A DNA stretch of 64,000 nucleotides from an uncultured Flavobacteriaceae bacterium (GCA_943787295.1 CALSLW010000002.1:212189-276188), one strand, 5' to 3'; positions 10,950-20,840 are shown, counted from the stretch's first letter. Numbers and translations: made by a program. The notes: generated by a model from the letters alone, not told the origin.

Positions 10950-12227
10950 TCATTGTTTTGCGGTAAACTCTACCCGTCTACTCTTCGCTCGAGATAAAGC
11001 CTCATTTTTATCTACAATAGGTCTTGATTCACCAAAAGCTTGAACCTCTAATCGAGCAGAAGGGATACCCAGTTCGATTAGCTTAGCTTTAACCGCCTCT
11101 GCACGTTTTTGAGAAAGCACTTGATTATAAGCATTGCTTCCGTCTTCAGAGGCATACCCTTGTACAAGCACAATTCCATCGGGATTATCTTCTAATATCT
11201 TTTGCACTTTTGCGACTGCATCTAATACTTTGGTCCCTTTTAATTCAAAACCATCTGCAGGGAATAGTATATTGACACCAGCACTGTTTAAGGCTTCTAT
11301 AATGGTTTTTTCAACAACAGGACAACCAGTAGCAGAATTACCTGCTTGAGTTGGGCAATCATCATCTTTATCGAACACCCCATCACCGTCTGTATCTGGC
11401 CACGGGCAACCATTATTGCTTGATGGACCTGCTTCATCAATACATTCATCATCTGGATCAATCACTCCGTCTCCATCTTGATCTGGACAACCGTTATTTT
11501 CAGCTGTACCGGCTAATTCTGGACATACATCATCTTTATCTAAAACTCCATCACCATCTGTATCTGGACATCCTTCAAACTCTTTTAATCCAGGAACATC
11601 TGGACAGAGATCTTTTTTATCAGACACACCATCTTTATCAGAGTCGCCACTTCCTAATCCTAAGGCAATTCCTAGCGTATGCTGTAAATAGTTAACCGTA
11701 GGTCTATCTTCTGTAACGCGATAGCTAGTTTCAATAAAAGCACTAAACTGATCTGTCAACTTAAAGTTTAAACCCAAACCACCAAAGTAGGTATTGGTTA
11801 ACCTTAAGGATCGATCGATTCCTTCACTATCTTCAAGGGCATCAAAAGAGGTAAAACCCCATCCTCCTTTAAGGTAGGGACTCACAGATCCATCTCGATT
11901 GAAACCGTATTTTAATAAAACATCAATATTGAAAAACTTTATTTCGTCTGGACCAGATTCTTCTTTTAGATTATTTAAAGAGAATTGCCCTCCAACGGCT
12001 AATCCACCTATTACAGAACGAAAAACAGAAAGAGAAGGAACACCTATATTAAGTCCTTTAATCCCATCTTTTGTATAGGTTTGATTGTTATTTAGTGATT
12101 GCTCAAAATCACTTTGAAGAGAAACAGCATTAATTCCTGCTGATATCAACCAGGGATTGTCTGATGTTTGCGCATTTAATCCAGCAGCTAGTAGTAGGAA
12201 GAAGCTAAGTTTTTTAATCGTTTTCAT
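10950..12227 (-). CDS. OmpA family protein 2 (beta-barrel + 4 TSP3 repeats + OmpA C domain)
   Basis: AQTSDNPW mature N-terminus, TSP3 repeats, NQVLSQKRAEAV and RRVEF. Confidence 0.92.
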   Translation of the reverse strand: MKTIKKLSFFLLLAAGLNAQTSDNPWLISAGINAVSLQSDFEQSLNNNQTYTKDGIKGLNIGVPSLSVFRSVIGGLAVGGQFSLNNLKEESGPDEIKFFNIDVLLKYGFNRDGSVSPYLKGGWGFTSFDALEDSEGIDRSLRLTNTYFGGLGLNFKLTDQFSAFIETSYRVTEDRPTVNYLQHTLGIALGLGSGDSDKDGVSDKKDLCPDVPGLKEFEGCPDTDGDGVLDKDDVCPELAGTAENNGCPDQDGDGVIDPDDECIDEAGPSSNNGCPWPDTDGDGVFDKDDDCPTQAGNSATGCPVVEKTIIEALNSAGVNILFPADGFELKGTKVLDAVAKVQKILEDNPDGIVLVQGYASEDGSNAYNQVLSQKRAEAVKAKLIELGIPSARLEVQAFGESRPIVDKNEALSRAKSRRVEFTAKQ

Positions 12228-12307
12228 GTTATTGTATTTATTTATTATTCTTGAGGCACTTGATCATCAAAGCTTTCTAAGGAAAGTCATTAGTCATATT
12301 TTATATC

Positions 12308-13696
12308 TTAATTTTTAGGTTTAAACTTTACTCGTCTATTGCGAGAACGTCCTTCTGCAGTATCATTTGTTTCTATAGGTCGTGTTTCTCCATAGCCCAC
12401 AGATTCTAAACGATTAGGCGCAATTCCCAATTGAATTAGCCTTGTGCGAACACTCGCTGCACGCTCTTGAGAAAGTCGCAAATTATGTGCAGCAGCACCA
12501 TCACTAGAGGTATGCCCTTCAATGATTAGCTTGATGCGTTCATCTGTTTCCATGAATTTTTTAATTTCTAGAATAGATTCGTTTGTTCCTGCTCCTTGTA
12601 GTCTGGAGTTATTGACTTGGAAGAAAATTTTCGCCCCAATAAAATTGAGTTGCTGAATACTCTCTTGGGTTACCACTGGACAACCTTTATCTTCAACAAG
12701 ACCAGGTTCATCCGGACAAATATCATCTTTGTCTAAAACCCCATCCCCATCTGTATCTGGCCATGGACAACCATTGTTTTCTACTGGACCATCCTCTGCT
12801 GGACAGGCATCATCTTTATCGAAAACACCATCGCCATCAACATCTTGGAACGGACAACCATTGTTTTCTACTGGGCCGGCTTCTTCAGGACAATCATCCT
12901 CTTTATCTTGAATTCCGTCCATATCAGTGTCAGGACAACCCATAAATTCCTTTATTCCAGGTGTATATGGACATTGATCTTCACTATCTTTTATTCCATC
13001 ACCGTCACGATCAGGACAACCGTTTAAACTAGCTATCCCGGGTTCGTCTATACATTCGTCCTCACTATCTGGTGTTCCGTCACCATCGCGATCTAAAACA
13101 CCTAGACCATAACTAAACCCTATACTATGATTAAAATGAGGAATTCCTTGATCACCAAAGGCGCTTTTAAAATTGGTCTCTACATAAAAACCAAATTTAT
13201 TTGTCAGTAATAAATCTAATCCAATAGAACCAACCCAATGACCAGCAGATCGCTTTTCAGCTGTAATATTATTTGAAATAGATGCATCGTTATTAAAGGA
13301 TGAAATCCCAGCTCCTAATCTTGCATAAGGGCTTAAATGTTTTGATCTAAGAAAAGCATATTTCAATTGAACGTTAGAAGAAATATACTGCAGATTACGA
13401 TTTGTTGTTCCTTCAATTTTTGAAACTCCCGCAAAAGCAAAATTTACCCCAACAGACAAGTTTTCCTTTAGGGTGCGATAAACACCAATCGAGGGAACTC
13501 CTGCATTCCAATGGTCGGTATTAGTAAAATCTTCGAAAAAACCTCCCTGATTTGGGAAGTAAATATTTTCCTTACCGGTTGGGAAAATATCAACAGCGTT
13601 TAGGCCAGCATTTATTTGCCATGGGGTGTCGTGACGTTGCGCCATCAATGCAGTAGACACAACCATAAATAGGAGGGAAATATAAGTAGGTTTCAT
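12308..13696 (-). CDS. OmpA family protein 3 (beta-barrel + 5 TSP3 repeats + OmpA C domain)
   Basis: PWQINAGLNAVD, TSP3 repeats, NLRLSQERAASV, GYGETRPI and NRRV. Confidence 0.92.
   Translation of the reverse strand: MKPTYISLLFMVVSTALMAQRHDTPWQINAGLNAVDIFPTGKENIYFPNQGGFFEDFTNTDHWNAGVPSIGVYRTLKENLSVGVNFAFAGVSKIEGTTNRNLQYISSNVQLKYAFLRSKHLSPYARLGAGISSFNNDASISNNITAEKRSAGHWVGSIGLDLLLTNKFGFYVETNFKSAFGDQGIPHFNHSIGFSYGLGVLDRDGDGTPDSEDECIDEPGIASLNGCPDRDGDGIKDSEDQCPYTPGIKEFMGCPDTDMDGIQDKEDDCPEEAGPVENNGCPFQDVDGDGVFDKDDACPAEDGPVENNGCPWPDTDGDGVLDKDDICPDEPGLVEDKGCPVVTQESIQQLNFIGAKIFFQVNNSRLQGAGTNESILEIKKFMETDERIKLIIEGHTSSDGAAAHNLRLSQERAASVRTRLIQLGIAPNRLESVGYGETRPIETNDTAEGRSRNRRVKFKPKN
12765..12874. repeat. 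Exact 23-bp direct repeat with 87-bp period inside the ompA-3 TSP3 array
   Basis: ggacaaccattgttttctactgg occurs at 12765 and 12852; 87 bp is one 29-aa TSP3 unit. Confidence 0.85.
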
Positions 13697-13886
13697 GAAA
13701 AAAAGTTTGTTAGATTTGGGTTAAAATAACATACAAATTCTAATATACAAATTCATGATAAATAATCACAAGGCTTCGCCAAATATTGCAAATTATATCC
13801 TTATCAAACACTTGTAAGTATTAAATTTCTTAATTTAGTTATTCAATTGCGCAAAGCCAAAAACCCTTGCCATTTAAAGAAGGATA

Positions 13887-14834
13887 ATGATTAATAATGC
13901 TGTCGAGCAGAACATAGATTTTAACAAAGAAATCACCCGCCTAAAAAAGGAAAAAAATGCGGTTATACTAGCCCATTATTACCAAGAAGATGCAATTCAA
14001 GATATTGCAGATTATTTAGGAGACAGTCTTTATTTGGCCAAAATGGCCAAAGAAGCCAAGGCAGATATCATCGTTTTTGCAGGCGTACACTTTATGGCAG
14101 AAACTGCAAAAATTATCAACCCACAAAAGAAGGTACTCCTCCCCGATTTAAAAGCAGGATGCTCTCTTGCAGATTCCTGTCCACCGACAGACTTTGCTGC
14201 ATTTAAAAAACAATATCCAGAGGCTATTGTGGTGACATATATCAACTGTTCTGCAGAGATAAAAGCCCTTAGTGACATCGTCTGTACTTCGACTAATGCC
14301 GTTGATGTAATCAATAGCATCTCTAAAGAAAAGCAGATTATTTTTGCCCCAGATAAAAATTTAGGGCGCTATTTAATCAAACAAACTGGAAGAGAAATGA
14401 TTTTGTGGGACGGTGCCTGCATTGTACACGAAGCTTTTTCTTTTAATAAAATTGTCGCCCTAGCCAAAGAAAATCCAACAGCTAAGTTTATCGCTCACCC
14501 AGAGAGTGAAAGTCAAGTGCTAGACATTGCCCATTATATAGGAAGCACTTCTGGCCTCTTAAATTTTGTTCAAAAAGACAGTTGTGACACCTTTATCGTT
14601 GCAACAGAAGCGGGGATCTTACACGAAATGCAGAAAAGGTGCCCTTCAAAACAATTTATCCCGGCCCCAGTAGAAGATGATACTTGTGCCTGTAGCGAAT
14701 GTGCCTTTATGAAACTCAACACTATGGAAAAGTTGTATCGTTGTTTAAAAGATGAAACTCCAGAAATCAAACTTGATCTGCAGCTCATGAATGATGCTCG
14801 ATTACCCATAGAACGCATGCTAGCTATCAAATAA
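13887..14834 (+). CDS. nadA: Quinolinate synthase
   Basis: [33 protein letters not shown] and Fe-S cysteines. Confidence 0.97.
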   Translation: MINNAVEQNIDFNKEITRLKKEKNAVILAHYYQEDAIQDIADYLGDSLYLAKMAKEAKADIIVFAGVHFMAETAKIINPQKKVLLPDLKAGCSLADSCPPTDFAAFKKQYPEAIVVTYINCSAEIKALSDIVCTSTNAVDVINSISKEKQIIFAPDKNLGRYLIKQTGREMILWDGACIVHEAFSFNKIVALAKENPTAKFIAHPESESQVLDIAHYIGSTSGLLNFVQKDSCDTFIVATEAGILHEMQKRCPSKQFIPAPVEDDTCACSECAFMKLNTMEKLYRCLKDETPEIKLDLQLMNDARLPIERMLAIK

Positions 14835-16406
14835 ATGCATACAGATATTCTTGTTATCGGCACCGGAATCTCTGGCCTGACCTATGCTATCAAACTGGCA
14901 GAAAAGTCTCCTGCCACTAAAATTACACTAATTTGTAAACAGCAACTTGACGAAGGAAACACGCGTTACGCTCAAGGGGGAATTGCGGTGGTCTCAAATT
15001 TTAAAAAAGACACCTTTGACAAACACATCATGGATACCTATATCGCCGGGGACTATCAAGGTGATAAGGAGGTCATCGATTTTGTGATACGCGAAGGTAA
15101 TGATCGACTAAATGAACTCATCGATTGGGGGACACAATTTGATAAAAAAGAAAACAACCGTTTAGATCTAACCAAAGAAGGAGGGCACTCAGAAAAGCGA
15201 ATAGTTCACTTTAAAGATCACTCTGGCGCTGAAATACAACGCGCTTTAATTCAAAAGGTAAAAGAATTTCAGAACATTCAATATTTTGAGAATCACATCC
15301 TAGTTGACTTAATTACAGATCACCACACTAAAACCAATCATCAAACTTGTTATGGGGCCTATATCATCTCTACCCTTGACGAGGAAATCATAAAGATCAC
15401 AGCACAAATCACAGTTTTATCAACTGGCGGACTCGGGCAATTATACGACTTTACTACTAATCCAGCAGGAGCCACTGCAGATGGTTTAGGGGCAGCCTAT
15501 AGAGCTAAAGCCTTTTTAGAAAAACTCCCTTTTGTTCAGTTTCACCCTACCGCACTTTTTCCAAAGGTCAATGGAGAAACTTTTTTAATTACTGAAGCTT
15601 TACGCGGAGAAGGAGCTATCCTAAAAAATCATTTAGGAGAAGCTTTTATGGAGAAATACCATCCTAGTAAGGATCTAGCCCCTAGAGATATAGTTGCACG
15701 ATCTATTATTCAAGAAATTAAAACGCAAAAAAGCAAACATGTATACTTAGATGCTACAAATATTAAAGCTAAAGTATTACTCAATCATTTTCCCTATATC
15801 GTAGAAAACTGTCAATCGGTAGGCATTAACCCTCTAGAGGATCTTATTCCTGTTATTCCGGCAGCTCATTACAGTTGTGGCGGGATTAAGGTGGATGAAA
15901 ATTCTAGCACTACATTAAAGGGACTTTATGCCATCGGGGAATGCTCACATACAGGTTTACACGGCGCAAATCGTTTAGCTTCTAATTCCTTATTAGAATC
16001 GATTGTATTCTCCCACCGCGCTGCAATCAAGACTTGTGTTGATTTAGAAAACAATCCCTTAGAAAAAGACTTTTATTTAAAAGTACCCGACTGGAAAGGA
16101 CAGAGCTATACCAGTACTAATCCAGCAAAACAAACGCAAGATCTTCGCAAACAATTATGTAAAATAATGAATGAAGATGTCGGTATTTTTAAAACGACAC
16201 AAGGATTAATCAATGCACAAAAACAAGTTAAGCAGCTCTATTTTGACATAGTACAATTATACAACAACAATAAACTTTCTCCTCAAATTTGCGAATTGAG
16301 AAATATGGTTAGTGTCGCATATGTTATGGTAAATCAATCCTTGATACTAACCCAAAATAATGGCGTATTTTACAATCATGACTATGCAACAAACCCCATT
16401 TTATAA
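14835..16406 (+). CDS. nadB: L-aspartate oxidase
   Basis: GTGISG FAD motif, YAQGGIA, EGGHS, QFHPT, LAPRDIVAR and GLHGANRLASNSLLE. Confidence 0.96.
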   Translation: MHTDILVIGTGISGLTYAIKLAEKSPATKITLICKQQLDEGNTRYAQGGIAVVSNFKKDTFDKHIMDTYIAGDYQGDKEVIDFVIREGNDRLNELIDWGTQFDKKENNRLDLTKEGGHSEKRIVHFKDHSGAEIQRALIQKVKEFQNIQYFENHILVDLITDHHTKTNHQTCYGAYIISTLDEEIIKITAQITVLSTGGLGQLYDFTTNPAGATADGLGAAYRAKAFLEKLPFVQFHPTALFPKVNGETFLITEALRGEGAILKNHLGEAFMEKYHPSKDLAPRDIVARSIIQEIKTQKSKHVYLDATNIKAKVLLNHFPYIVENCQSVGINPLEDLIPVIPAAHYSCGGIKVDENSSTTLKGLYAIGECSHTGLHGANRLASNSLLESIVFSHRAAIKTCVDLENNPLEKDFYLKVPDWKGQSYTSTNPAKQTQDLRKQLCKIMNEDVGIFKTTQGLINAQKQVKQLYFDIVQLYNNNKLSPQICELRNMVSVAYVMVNQSLILTQNNGVFYNHDYATNPIL

Positions 16407-17250
16407 GTTACATAAAGATCCTATAGATCGATTTATCACTACTGCTTTACAAGAAGATATAGGCGATGGCGATCATACAAGCCTTTCTTGTCTTAGCCAC
16501 ACACAACACAGTAGCGCAAAACTAATTGCAAAAGAAAGTGGTATTATAGCCGGAGTAGATTTAGCACAGATCATATTTAAGCATGTCAATGATTCGATTC
16601 AATGCAATCTTAAAATACAGGATGGAAGCCCTATCCTTCCTGGAGACATTGTAATGACCATAGAGGGGCCTCAACACGACTTATTGGCCACAGAGCGTTT
16701 GGTCTTAAATTGTATGCAACGCATGAGTGGAATTGCTACCCTTACCCATCGTTTGAGTCAAAAAATAGCCCATACAAAATGTGTGCTTTTAGACACCAGA
16801 AAAACAACGCCTAACTTTCGATATCCAGAAAAATGGGCCGTTAATATCGGAGGGGGAAAAAACCACAGAATAGGCCTGTTTGATATGATCATGATTAAAG
16901 ACAACCATATCGATTTTAATGGCAACTTATCAAATACCCTTAAGAAAACGCAAGCTTATTTAAAACAGAATAATTTATCCATCAAAACGATAGTCGAAGT
17001 ACGCAATCTTGCAGAAATTGAAGAATGCTTTGCCTTCCCATGGATTCAAAGATTACTATTAGACAATATGTCCCCAAAAGAATTAAAAAAAGCCATCGCA
17101 TTAATTGACGGTAGATTCTCTACAGAAGCCTCTGGAAACATTAATGAAGACACCTTAGTAGAAATCGCAGAAACAGGAGTGGATTATGCCTCTTTAGGAG
17201 CATTAACCCATTCTGCAAAAAACATCGATTTAAGCTTAAAATCCTTATAA
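16384..17250 (+). CDS. nadC: Nicotinate-nucleotide pyrophosphorylase (carboxylating)
   Basis: EDIGDGD, DTRKTTP, NHRIGLFD, KDNH, LLDNM and EASG. Start uncertain (16360-16384). Confidence 0.96.
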   Translation: MQQTPFYKLHKDPIDRFITTALQEDIGDGDHTSLSCLSHTQHSSAKLIAKESGIIAGVDLAQIIFKHVNDSIQCNLKIQDGSPILPGDIVMTIEGPQHDLLATERLVLNCMQRMSGIATLTHRLSQKIAHTKCVLLDTRKTTPNFRYPEKWAVNIGGGKNHRIGLFDMIMIKDNHIDFNGNLSNTLKKTQAYLKQNNLSIKTIVEVRNLAEIEECFAFPWIQRLLLDNMSPKELKKAIALIDGRFSTEASGNINEDTLVEIAETGVDYASLGALTHSAKNIDLSLKSL

Positions 17251-17251
17251 T

Positions 17252-17842
17252 CTAGTCTAATTCTGGAGTGTATCCAGTAAAATCAAAATCGAACCATTCG
17301 AAAGTGGTGTTTTGATTGTTACGCGAAACTGGAATACGCATTCTTGCTTTAGACTGATTTGCCGCTAAATCGTTCAACACAGTATCTTCAATATCCATTC
17401 TAAAAACATTCGGTCTAGAATAAGAGGTTTTTATCTCGGTGACACTTCCATCTGGATTGAGGATTTCAACTGTAACAGGACAAATACTTAAACAACGTGG
17501 AAATTTAAAAAGATTCTCATCTGTTACGGTAGACTCTAAATAGGCAGAAATGATTTTATTTTTATTTTCACCAGCTTTATCTAACATAAAATAGAGCGTG
17601 ATCCCCATTTCAGCAGGTGGATTAGTAAATGAGTTAGTGAGTACATTTGTGGACAAAGTCCCCACAGTATAAAAGGGAATAACATTTTTCCCTGAAGGCA
17701 ATTCTTTCATATCATAAATCCATCCTTCTTTTTGATAGACACCATCTGCTAGCTTTTTAACATTAGATTTTGATCCATCTCCAGCACAAGAAACTAAGAT
17801 TAGAAGTGAGATAAGGATTGAAAATAGACTTGAATTTTTCAT
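17252..17842 (-). CDS. Hypothetical lipoprotein
   Basis: Signal peptide II with lipobox LVSC; no family recognised. Confidence 0.75.
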   Translation of the reverse strand: MKNSSLFSILISLLILVSCAGDGSKSNVKKLADGVYQKEGWIYDMKELPSGKNVIPFYTVGTLSTNVLTNSFTNPPAEMGITLYFMLDKAGENKNKIISAYLESTVTDENLFKFPRCLSICPVTVEILNPDGSVTEIKTSYSRPNVFRMDIEDTVLNDLAANQSKARMRIPVSRNNQNTTFEWFDFDFTGYTPELD

Positions 17843-18252
17843 TTTTAAATCATTTGAATGCTATGTGAAAATACAATTTTATCCCATAAAAATATATTTG
17901 AAAACAGAAAGGAGCAAATAAATTTTAAACCAATCAATTCGACCTATAACACTCAATTACATGGTGTTATAGAAAAATTGTTGAAATGTCTGTGCTTTTT
18001 ATACTATTAAAACAGATTGCTTTTGAGAATTTTTCGCTTCAATAGGCTCATCCTTGTTTTACAGAGTAAACATTTAAACTATGCTTTGCTATATCACCCC
18101 ATGTTAAATTCGTGGGATAAATTTCTAATTTTAAAATCATTACCCATCATCAAGAAAAAGGAGGCCTAAAAGTGTTCACAAGGCAATCATCGTTAAACTG
18201 TTCGTTTTTTTTTGTGAAATAAAACTTTATTTCCCAACAGCACTAAAGAACA

Positions 18253-18282
18253 AAAAGCAAGCGGTATCCCTTGCTTGCTTTT
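18253..18282 (-). terminator. Terminator downstream of tRNA-Arg
   Basis: AAAAGCAAGC/GCTTGCTTTT inverted repeat about 10 nt past the tRNA 3' end. Confidence 0.7.
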
Positions 18283-18292
18283 GATTAATTCG

Positions 18293-18366
18293 TGACCTAG
18301 AGAGGATTCGAACCCCTAACCCTCAGAGCCGAAATCTGATATTCTATCCAGTTGAACTACTAGGCC
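18293..18366 (-). tRNA. tRNA-Arg (anticodon TCG), CCA not encoded
   Basis: Reverse complement GGCCTAGTAGTTCAACTGGATAGAATATCAGATTTCGGCTCTGAGGGTTAGGGGTTCGAATCCTCTCTAGGTCA folds as a cloverleaf with anticodon loop TT-TCG-GC and T-loop GTTCGAATC. Confidence 0.96.
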
Positions 18367-18375
18367 TGATAATAG

Positions 18376-18383
18376 CAAAACTA
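18376..18383 (-). promoter_or_regulatory. -7 promoter element TAGTTTTG for tRNA-Arg
   Basis: TAnnTTTG about 10 nt upstream of the tRNA 5' end. Confidence 0.7.
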
Positions 18384-18526
18384 AGACTAACACTTCTAGA
18401 AACAAAATAATGAAATACAATTTATCTTCTAGTCCATAAAACTCCCCTCACATACCAAAGAATAATCCGAATCAAATTCTTAGTTTAGTACAGTAACTAT
18501 AAAAACCATCATCAAGCTAAGCTCGC

Positions 18527-19240
18527 ATGAGTAAATTATATTTTTTTAGACATGGTCAAGCTTCTTTAGGAGCAGAAAACTATGATGTATTGTCTGATAA
18601 AGGAGTGCGACAAGCACAAATCTTAGGGGAGTATCTTCTCAAAGAAAACATCTCGTTTGACAAAATATTTGTGGGTCCTCTAGACCGACAAATCGATACC
18701 TTTAAAGCAGTTGAAGAACAGTATCGCAAAAATGAAAAAAACCTCCCTACCCCAATTATCATCAAGGGACTAAAAGAACACAATGGCATAGAAACCATGA
18801 AAATCGCCCTCCCAGATTTAATCAAAACAGATCCTTATTTAATCACATTAGAAAAGAGCACAAAGCGCGATCCTAAAAATGCCATGCGCAATGCCATGCT
18901 GGGCTTTCAGTATTTTTTAAGCGAATGGGCAGAGGGAAATATCACCGTTGAAGGGATGCCCACTTGGAAAGAATTTAGAGCCGATGTCAAAGAAGGCTTA
19001 GATCAGGTTTTAAAGGCTACCGCCAAAGGGGAAACCGTTGGAATTTTTAGTTCTGGAGGTACCATTAGTGCAATCACAGCAGAATGTTTAGGGCTAACCA
19101 CAGAAAAAGCAGTAGCCGAATTAAATTTCTCAATTCGAAATACTTCTTTTTCTAGCTTTTTATACACCAACAAGAAATTCAATCTACTCTCTTTTAACGA
19201 ATTACCTCATTTAAAAAAGGACATGATCACCTTTGTATAA
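18527..19240 (+). CDS. Histidine phosphatase (phosphoglycerate mutase-like) family protein
   Basis: RHGQAS motif and YDVLS; the second motif reads FSSGG rather than SHGG. Confidence 0.88.
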   Translation: MSKLYFFRHGQASLGAENYDVLSDKGVRQAQILGEYLLKENISFDKIFVGPLDRQIDTFKAVEEQYRKNEKNLPTPIIIKGLKEHNGIETMKIALPDLIKTDPYLITLEKSTKRDPKNAMRNAMLGFQYFLSEWAEGNITVEGMPTWKEFRADVKEGLDQVLKATAKGETVGIFSSGGTISAITAECLGLTTEKAVAELNFSIRNTSFSSFLYTNKKFNLLSFNELPHLKKDMITFV

Positions 19241-19249
19241 CGCTAGGCT

Positions 19250-20827
19250 ATGGCAAAAAAGAATACATCAACAAACCGTAAAGATCTTAAAGAACTCAAA
19301 GATCGCAAACGTCTTTTAGAAGATAGTAACCGTAAAGCTGCCGTTAGCAAACGACATAAAAAAGGAAAAAGAACTGCGAGAGAAAATATTAATGACCTTT
19401 GCGATAAGGGTTCATTTCAAGAAATTGGTAGCCTTATAGTTGCGGCACAAAAAGGACGCAAATCCGTTAAAGAGCTTAGAGAAAACACCCCGGCAGATGG
19501 ACTCATTAGCGGAATAGGAACCATCAATGCTGATTTGTTTACCGAAAGGACAAATTGTTATGTTCTAAGTTACGACTACACCGTCTTAGCTGGAACTCAA
19601 GGCGCTTTTGGTCATAAAAAAACTGATCGGTTAATGGCTTTAGCCAAAAAAGCCAACTGCCCTATTCTATTCTTTGTTGAAGGCGGTGGTGGTCGCCCTG
19701 GAGATGTAGATTTTCACCATGTAAGTACAGGGGGACTTGACCTTCCTACCTGGTATGCTTTTGCCCGCTTAAGCGGAAAAGTTCCCAGAATTGCCATCGT
19801 TGGCGGGTACTGTTTTGCTGGGAACGCTGCTATTGCAGGCTGTTCAGATGTTATCATCGCAACAAAAGACAGTTCAATGGGCATGGGAGGACCCGCCATG
19901 ATTGAAGGAGGTGGACTAGGTCAGTTTCACCCAAAGGATATCGGCCCTGCAAAAACCCTCGCAAAAGAGGGCGTTATTGACATCCTAGTAGCAGATGAAG
20001 AAGAAGCAGTCGCAGTAGCTAAAAGATACTTGAGCTACTTTCAAGGTAAAATCAAACAATGGAAAGCCCCTAAACAAGAAGCGCTCTATGACATTCTTCC
20101 AGAAGATCATCGATATGCATATGATATTAATGCTATCATCAATACCATAGCAGATGTTGATACAGTACTTGAATTAAGAGCTCAATTTGCTAAAAACATG
20201 GTCACCGCTTTGATTAGGATCGAAGGAAAACCTTATGGTGTTATAGCAAATAGCACTCGACATCTGGGCGGTGCTATTGACAGTGATGCCGCAGACAAAG
20301 CAGCGCGTTTTTTACAATTGTGTAATGCCTTTAATCTTCCAGTAATTTCTCTTTGTGACACGCCAGGATTTATGGTAGGTCCAGAACATGAAACAAAAGG
20401 ACTTATTCGACACTCTTCCCGACTATTTTTAAGTGCCGCTGCACTGGAGGTACCCTTAATTACCATTGTTCTAAGAAAGGCTTATGGACTAGGAGCCATG
20501 GCAATGGCTGGCGGAAGCTTCCACGCTTCTTTTTTAACCCTTGCATGGCAAAGCGGAGAGTTTGGTGCAATGGGACTAGAAGGAGCCGTTAAATTGGGCT
20601 ATAAAAAAGAACTAGAAGCCATTAAAGACGAAAAAGAAAGACAGCACTTATACGATCAACTTGTTGCACAAGAATACGAAAAAGGAAAAGCCATTAATGC
20701 GGCAGAAACTTTAGAGTTTGATGAAGTAATCGACCCTGTCGAAACCAGAAATAGAATCGCAACAGCGCATAGCTGTTTTAACCTTAACTCAAAAAATAAC
20801 ACCAACTCGTTTATCGATAGTTGGTAA
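19250..20827 (+). CDS. Acyl-CoA carboxylase carboxyltransferase (stand-alone CT domain)
   Basis: YDYTVLAGTQG, EGGGGRPGD, GGPAMIEGGG, DTPGFMVG and AMGLEGAV; no biotin carboxylase or biotinyl domain. Confidence 0.88.
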   Translation: MAKKNTSTNRKDLKELKDRKRLLEDSNRKAAVSKRHKKGKRTARENINDLCDKGSFQEIGSLIVAAQKGRKSVKELRENTPADGLISGIGTINADLFTERTNCYVLSYDYTVLAGTQGAFGHKKTDRLMALAKKANCPILFFVEGGGGRPGDVDFHHVSTGGLDLPTWYAFARLSGKVPRIAIVGGYCFAGNAAIAGCSDVIIATKDSSMGMGGPAMIEGGGLGQFHPKDIGPAKTLAKEGVIDILVADEEEAVAVAKRYLSYFQGKIKQWKAPKQEALYDILPEDHRYAYDINAIINTIADVDTVLELRAQFAKNMVTALIRIEGKPYGVIANSTRHLGGAIDSDAADKAARFLQLCNAFNLPVISLCDTPGFMVGPEHETKGLIRHSSRLFLSAAALEVPLITIVLRKAYGLGAMAMAGGSFHASFLTLAWQSGEFGAMGLEGAVKLGYKKELEAIKDEKERQHLYDQLVAQEYEKGKAINAAETLEFDEVIDPVETRNRIATAHSCFNLNSKNNTNSFIDSW

Positions 20828-20840
20828 ATAAATCAAATCT

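Noticed and set aside
9730-13027. Ser/Pro/Gly-rich and His/Leu/Gln-rich + strand ORFs (e.g. 9730-10215, 9779-10237, 11351-11695, 12729-12911)
   Set aside because: They are antisense shadows of the Asp/Gly/Cys TSP3 repeats in the ompA genes.
9770-13100. Periodic DNA repeats that could look like a CRISPR array
   Set aside because: They are degenerate, in-frame coding repeats of 81-87 bp. There are no unique spacers between identical repeats and no cas genes.
13800-13886. Possible NAD+ riboswitch or NrtR site upstream of nadA (TTGCGCAA palindrome)
   Set aside because: Only an 8-bp palindrome is present, with no convincing stems or recognisable aptamer core.
17843-18366. Prophage or integrative element at tRNA-Arg
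   Set aside because: No integrase, phage genes or duplicated tRNA 3' end (att site) was found in the window.
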